64,000 bases of DNA from Octopus sinensis (taxonomy: Eukaryota), in assembly GCF_006345805.1 (NCBI RefSeq), contig NW_021831041.1:236012-300011 (forward strand). Direction: 5' to 3'. Made by a program: the position numbers and the translations under genes. Of this stretch, positions 60,661 through 64,000 are shown one piece after another. The notes under the pieces were generated by a model that worked only from the letters and a program-made list of their open reading frames with translations, ran no database searches and had not been told where the DNA came from. Numbering within the stretch: position 1 is the first letter of the stretch; each line of letters opens with the position of its first letter.

Positions 60661-63600
60661 AAATAAATAATTATTTTTAAAACATTTTTTTGAAATAATC
60701 AGTCAATTTCAAATTTTTTTTATTTCTTAAATCTTTTCCAAGTTGAAATCCTTGCAGGGGACAACGACCGACAGCGACCACAGGATGGTCACCGCAAAAC
60801 TCTGCGTAAAGAAGCATCTGACTGGGGAAAAATACACCGAAAACGCGAAGAAGGCGAGACAAAGGCCAAATATACACTTCCAGACAGAGAAATTGTGGCT
60901 GGAGCCCACTTGTAAAGACAATTATCACAAGCAAATTGAGACTCTTATGGAGAAAACCACACCAGAACTATCATTACGAACCCGGTGGGACCAAACAAAG
61001 CGAGCGATTTCCAAGGCGGCCAGTATATGCCTTGGAGTCCGAAATCATTGTGCCCTAAAACTGGATCACCACCCGAACGTGCCAGATATGGCAAAGCATC
61101 GCAGAGAGGTACGGCTAAAAGCCGCAAACACGTCAGACGAGATTAAGAAAAAGGAGCTTAACATCCAACAAAGGGAACTAAAGTGCAAAATCCAAAAGAT
61201 GAACCGAAAATACTCACGAGAAATCATTACATCCCTACTAAAAGATGTGGAATGCCTAAAAGACAATTCAAGGATGTATGCGGCCTTACGACTACTGCGG
61301 ACTACTAAGAAAGGACAAAACATCCTCCACATTTGCGCTACATTTTCCTGTATTTTGCGCTACATTTTCCAACTTATCGATCATTTCATACGTTTCTAAT
61401 ATCGTTGTTTTGTCCTCTATCCCAGTTCCATTATAAAATTCGCGACTTTTGACTAGATCAAACAAAGATGTTTCATCGCAATTAAAAATATTTAACAAAC
61501 AAAGATGTTTCATCGCAATTAAAAATATTTTCATGACCATAGGTTTTCAATAAATTATCAAATTTTTTTTATAAAGGAATAAGAAATCAATTAATCTAAT
61601 GTATGTAAAGAAAAAGAACTGATGGCGATCCTGTTTCCCCTCACTATTGCTTGGGACACGTTCTGGAGGAGCCATCTCGTCTCCAGAGGATTGTGTTCAC
61701 AAGGTCTTGAGACGTCCAATACACTTGAGGAAGCACAACGATTCCTTCCCAATCGATCCCAGGGTTTCGACAGCAACCGGCCGGAAAACGTAACGATCGG
61801 TGAGCCCATCATATTTCTTCTTCTTGATGTCCTCTGCTTTATCCGCAGCTGTGCCAGCATTGCAGGCACTTTCCAACATGTTTGTCTTGGACAAGGAGTC
61901 GGACATGTTAAAAAATTCAAATTGAAAGAAAAAATTTGGCAAATTACTTTTTGTCTGCTGAATTTTTTTCACCAGAAATAGTTTTAAAACCAGATCATGT
62001 CTCTTCTTAAATCTGTCCAGCCAACCGTTTGAGGCTTTAAAAGGTGTTCGAGAATCCAATTTTGTCGATATTTTTTTCGCGATGGCTTTGATTAATGTAC
62101 CCGAAATATTAAAGGAATCTTCCCTCAATCGACGAAAAGCATTAAAAGTTAATTCGTCAAGTTTTTCAAATTGATTTGTTTCATAGAAGCTTGTTCAACT
62201 TCATCTATTTGAACTAATCTTGAAATGACTGATCCGGTATTAATGAAAGAAGAAATGTTTTTTTATTCGGGAAATAGTGCTTTTTTAGTTTTTAGGTTAA
62301 TAAAGTTAAAGTTTTTAGGTTAAAATTTTTATTTTTCAGGTTAAAAAAATCGCCCTACTTATGAAGCACGTAAGGATAACAAAAAAACAATTGAAAAACA
62401 TAGTTTTCAAAGAAAGCTCGAAGTTTTTAACTATAAAAAAAATTTAAAAACATTACAAAATCTTAATTGAGTAAAGTATTTAACATGTCAATAGGGACAA
62501 TAAACAAAATTCTAAGAAATGAATCCTAAGAGAATTCCCTCGAAGTTTCCCTTAATTAATATACAGCTTTATTACAGATTCAGAATAAAAGATCATTCGC
62601 AAGACTTTTTATCGAAAATGTCATCTGTTTTATGATTTCAAAGATGTGTTTAACTGTGACGAAACCGCATTGCTTTTTTAAATGCATGTCACGTAAGAGA
62701 CTACGTTGACACTACAATCCGAAGTAAGATGATCGGAAAAGGTTTATAAGGACAGAATTACACTTATTTGGTTTACAAAGCAGGACACTCGGGATGACTA
62801 CAATTAGGAAGGACTTTCCGGTTTCAGATGATAATGAAAATTGTACTTATAAAATTTGCAACAACAATGATGAATAATTTTTGGGAACAATTGAGTCCTG
62901 TCAAGATAAGGATCAAGAGAATAAAAATGATGAAGATATAGAGAAAATTGGTTTTGTGATGCAATGTGTGCAATTGAGACTATGGAAAATTCATTCTACA
63001 AAATTCACCTTCAAATATACCAATTATGGGTAACTACGAGATGAAATAAGATATATACAGTGGGCCCAAAAAGTCATGGCACCACTTAATAAATTTTAGT
63101 ATTTTACGTTTTTACCCATAAAATATGAAGTATTTTGACTTTTAATTATTTTTTTGAAAAATTAAAAAGATTCTGATTTAGAAAATAATTTTAAATGCTT
63201 AAAATATTGATAATTGACAAAGAAAAAACAACTTTTTTTAATTTTTAGCGTTATTGAAGGGTCAAAAAGTGTTGGCACTTTTATATCTACAGTTTTACTT
63301 TAAGTGCATATGATAAGAGAATGTCATTCTGTCAGATTATTTCTTTCAAGTTTTCTTTACAAAAGCTTTGTTATCACTTAATAACGCATTATCAATATTG
63401 ATATTACGAAAACAGCCGTTTTTAGCACTACTTTATGGGAAATCGGAAGGAATATTCTTTTGAGCTAAAACAGATTATCGTCAAGTCCATCCAAGAAAAA
63501 AAAAGTTACAACCAAATTTCCAGACAATTCAATATTCCGAAAAGTTCAGTACCGTTGGAAAGAACGAGGAAATGTTTGCAATAAATCGAGGTCTGGTGCA

Positions 63601-64000
63601 CCTAAAAAGATATCGAGCCGTTCTCTTTCAATGATAAAAAGGAGTGTGGCAAATGATCCCAGAATTATTAGAAGCAAGCTGGTAGATGATTTAGAGACTT
63701 CCCTCAATCGACGAAAAGCATTAAAAGTTAATTCGTCAAGTTTTTCAAATTGATTTGTTTCATTAGAAGCTTGTTCAACTTCTACATCCAATCCGTTTTA
63801 CTGAAAAGAACGCTCGAGAGTATGATGATCGAACACAAGCGCGGAATGAAGGTATCTGGTGAAGATTACGCTTCTGCTTGCAACCGGTATGTGGAGATGG
63901 CATGCAAAAATGAAGACGACCCAATGAATTCTAAAGAGGATGCAATGGTTAAATCAGATGTGGTAATGAGGAGTAAAAGGCAGCTGGAAGTAGGCTCTTC

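Larger units (their letters stand above)
56263..64000 (+). repeat. Second copy of a segmental duplication (first copy 45027-52441), continuing beyond the window
   Basis: Collinear, near-identical blocks: CRE, Buster, Tigger, RTE, pogo/CRE, pogo, Tc1 arm and orphan ORF, sharing the same chimeric junctions. Confidence 0.95.

Overview
Eukaryotic (invertebrate animal) nuclear DNA, AT-rich, read by eye. Nearly every host gene is broken by 22-33 nt spliceosomal introns, so the six-frame track only shows fragments. Innexin plus axonemal dynein plus nano-introns point to a dicyemid mesozoan (inference, not verified). 1-38.6 kb is gene-rich: atypical small GTPase (partial), ZDHHC3/7, COQ6, mitofusin, SLC4 anion exchanger, a miniature RING+SRI (PHRF1/SCAF11-like) protein, VPS16 (20 nano-introns, 827 aa), MTG2, DNAI2, MECR, a syntrophin-like PDZ protein and innexin, with scattered transposon insertions. 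38.9-64 kb is a transposon patchwork: CRE-clade and RTE retrotransposons, Tc1, pogo/Tigger, hAT/Buster and Ginger-like integrase elements. It contains a ~7.5 kb near-identical segmental duplication and a divergent cysteine-containing histone H2A. I found no single new multi-gene system. The best leads are degenerate nano-intron splicing (also inside a transposase), a 5'-inverted (twin-primed) RTE insertion, TGT..ACA integrase DNA transposons with 5-bp TSDs, a GC-rich pseudoknot-like RNA candidate, the H2A variant and a repeated orphan NLS-bearing ORF. Single-base frameshifts in homopolymer runs may be sequencing errors. Coordinates of degraded fragments are approximate.
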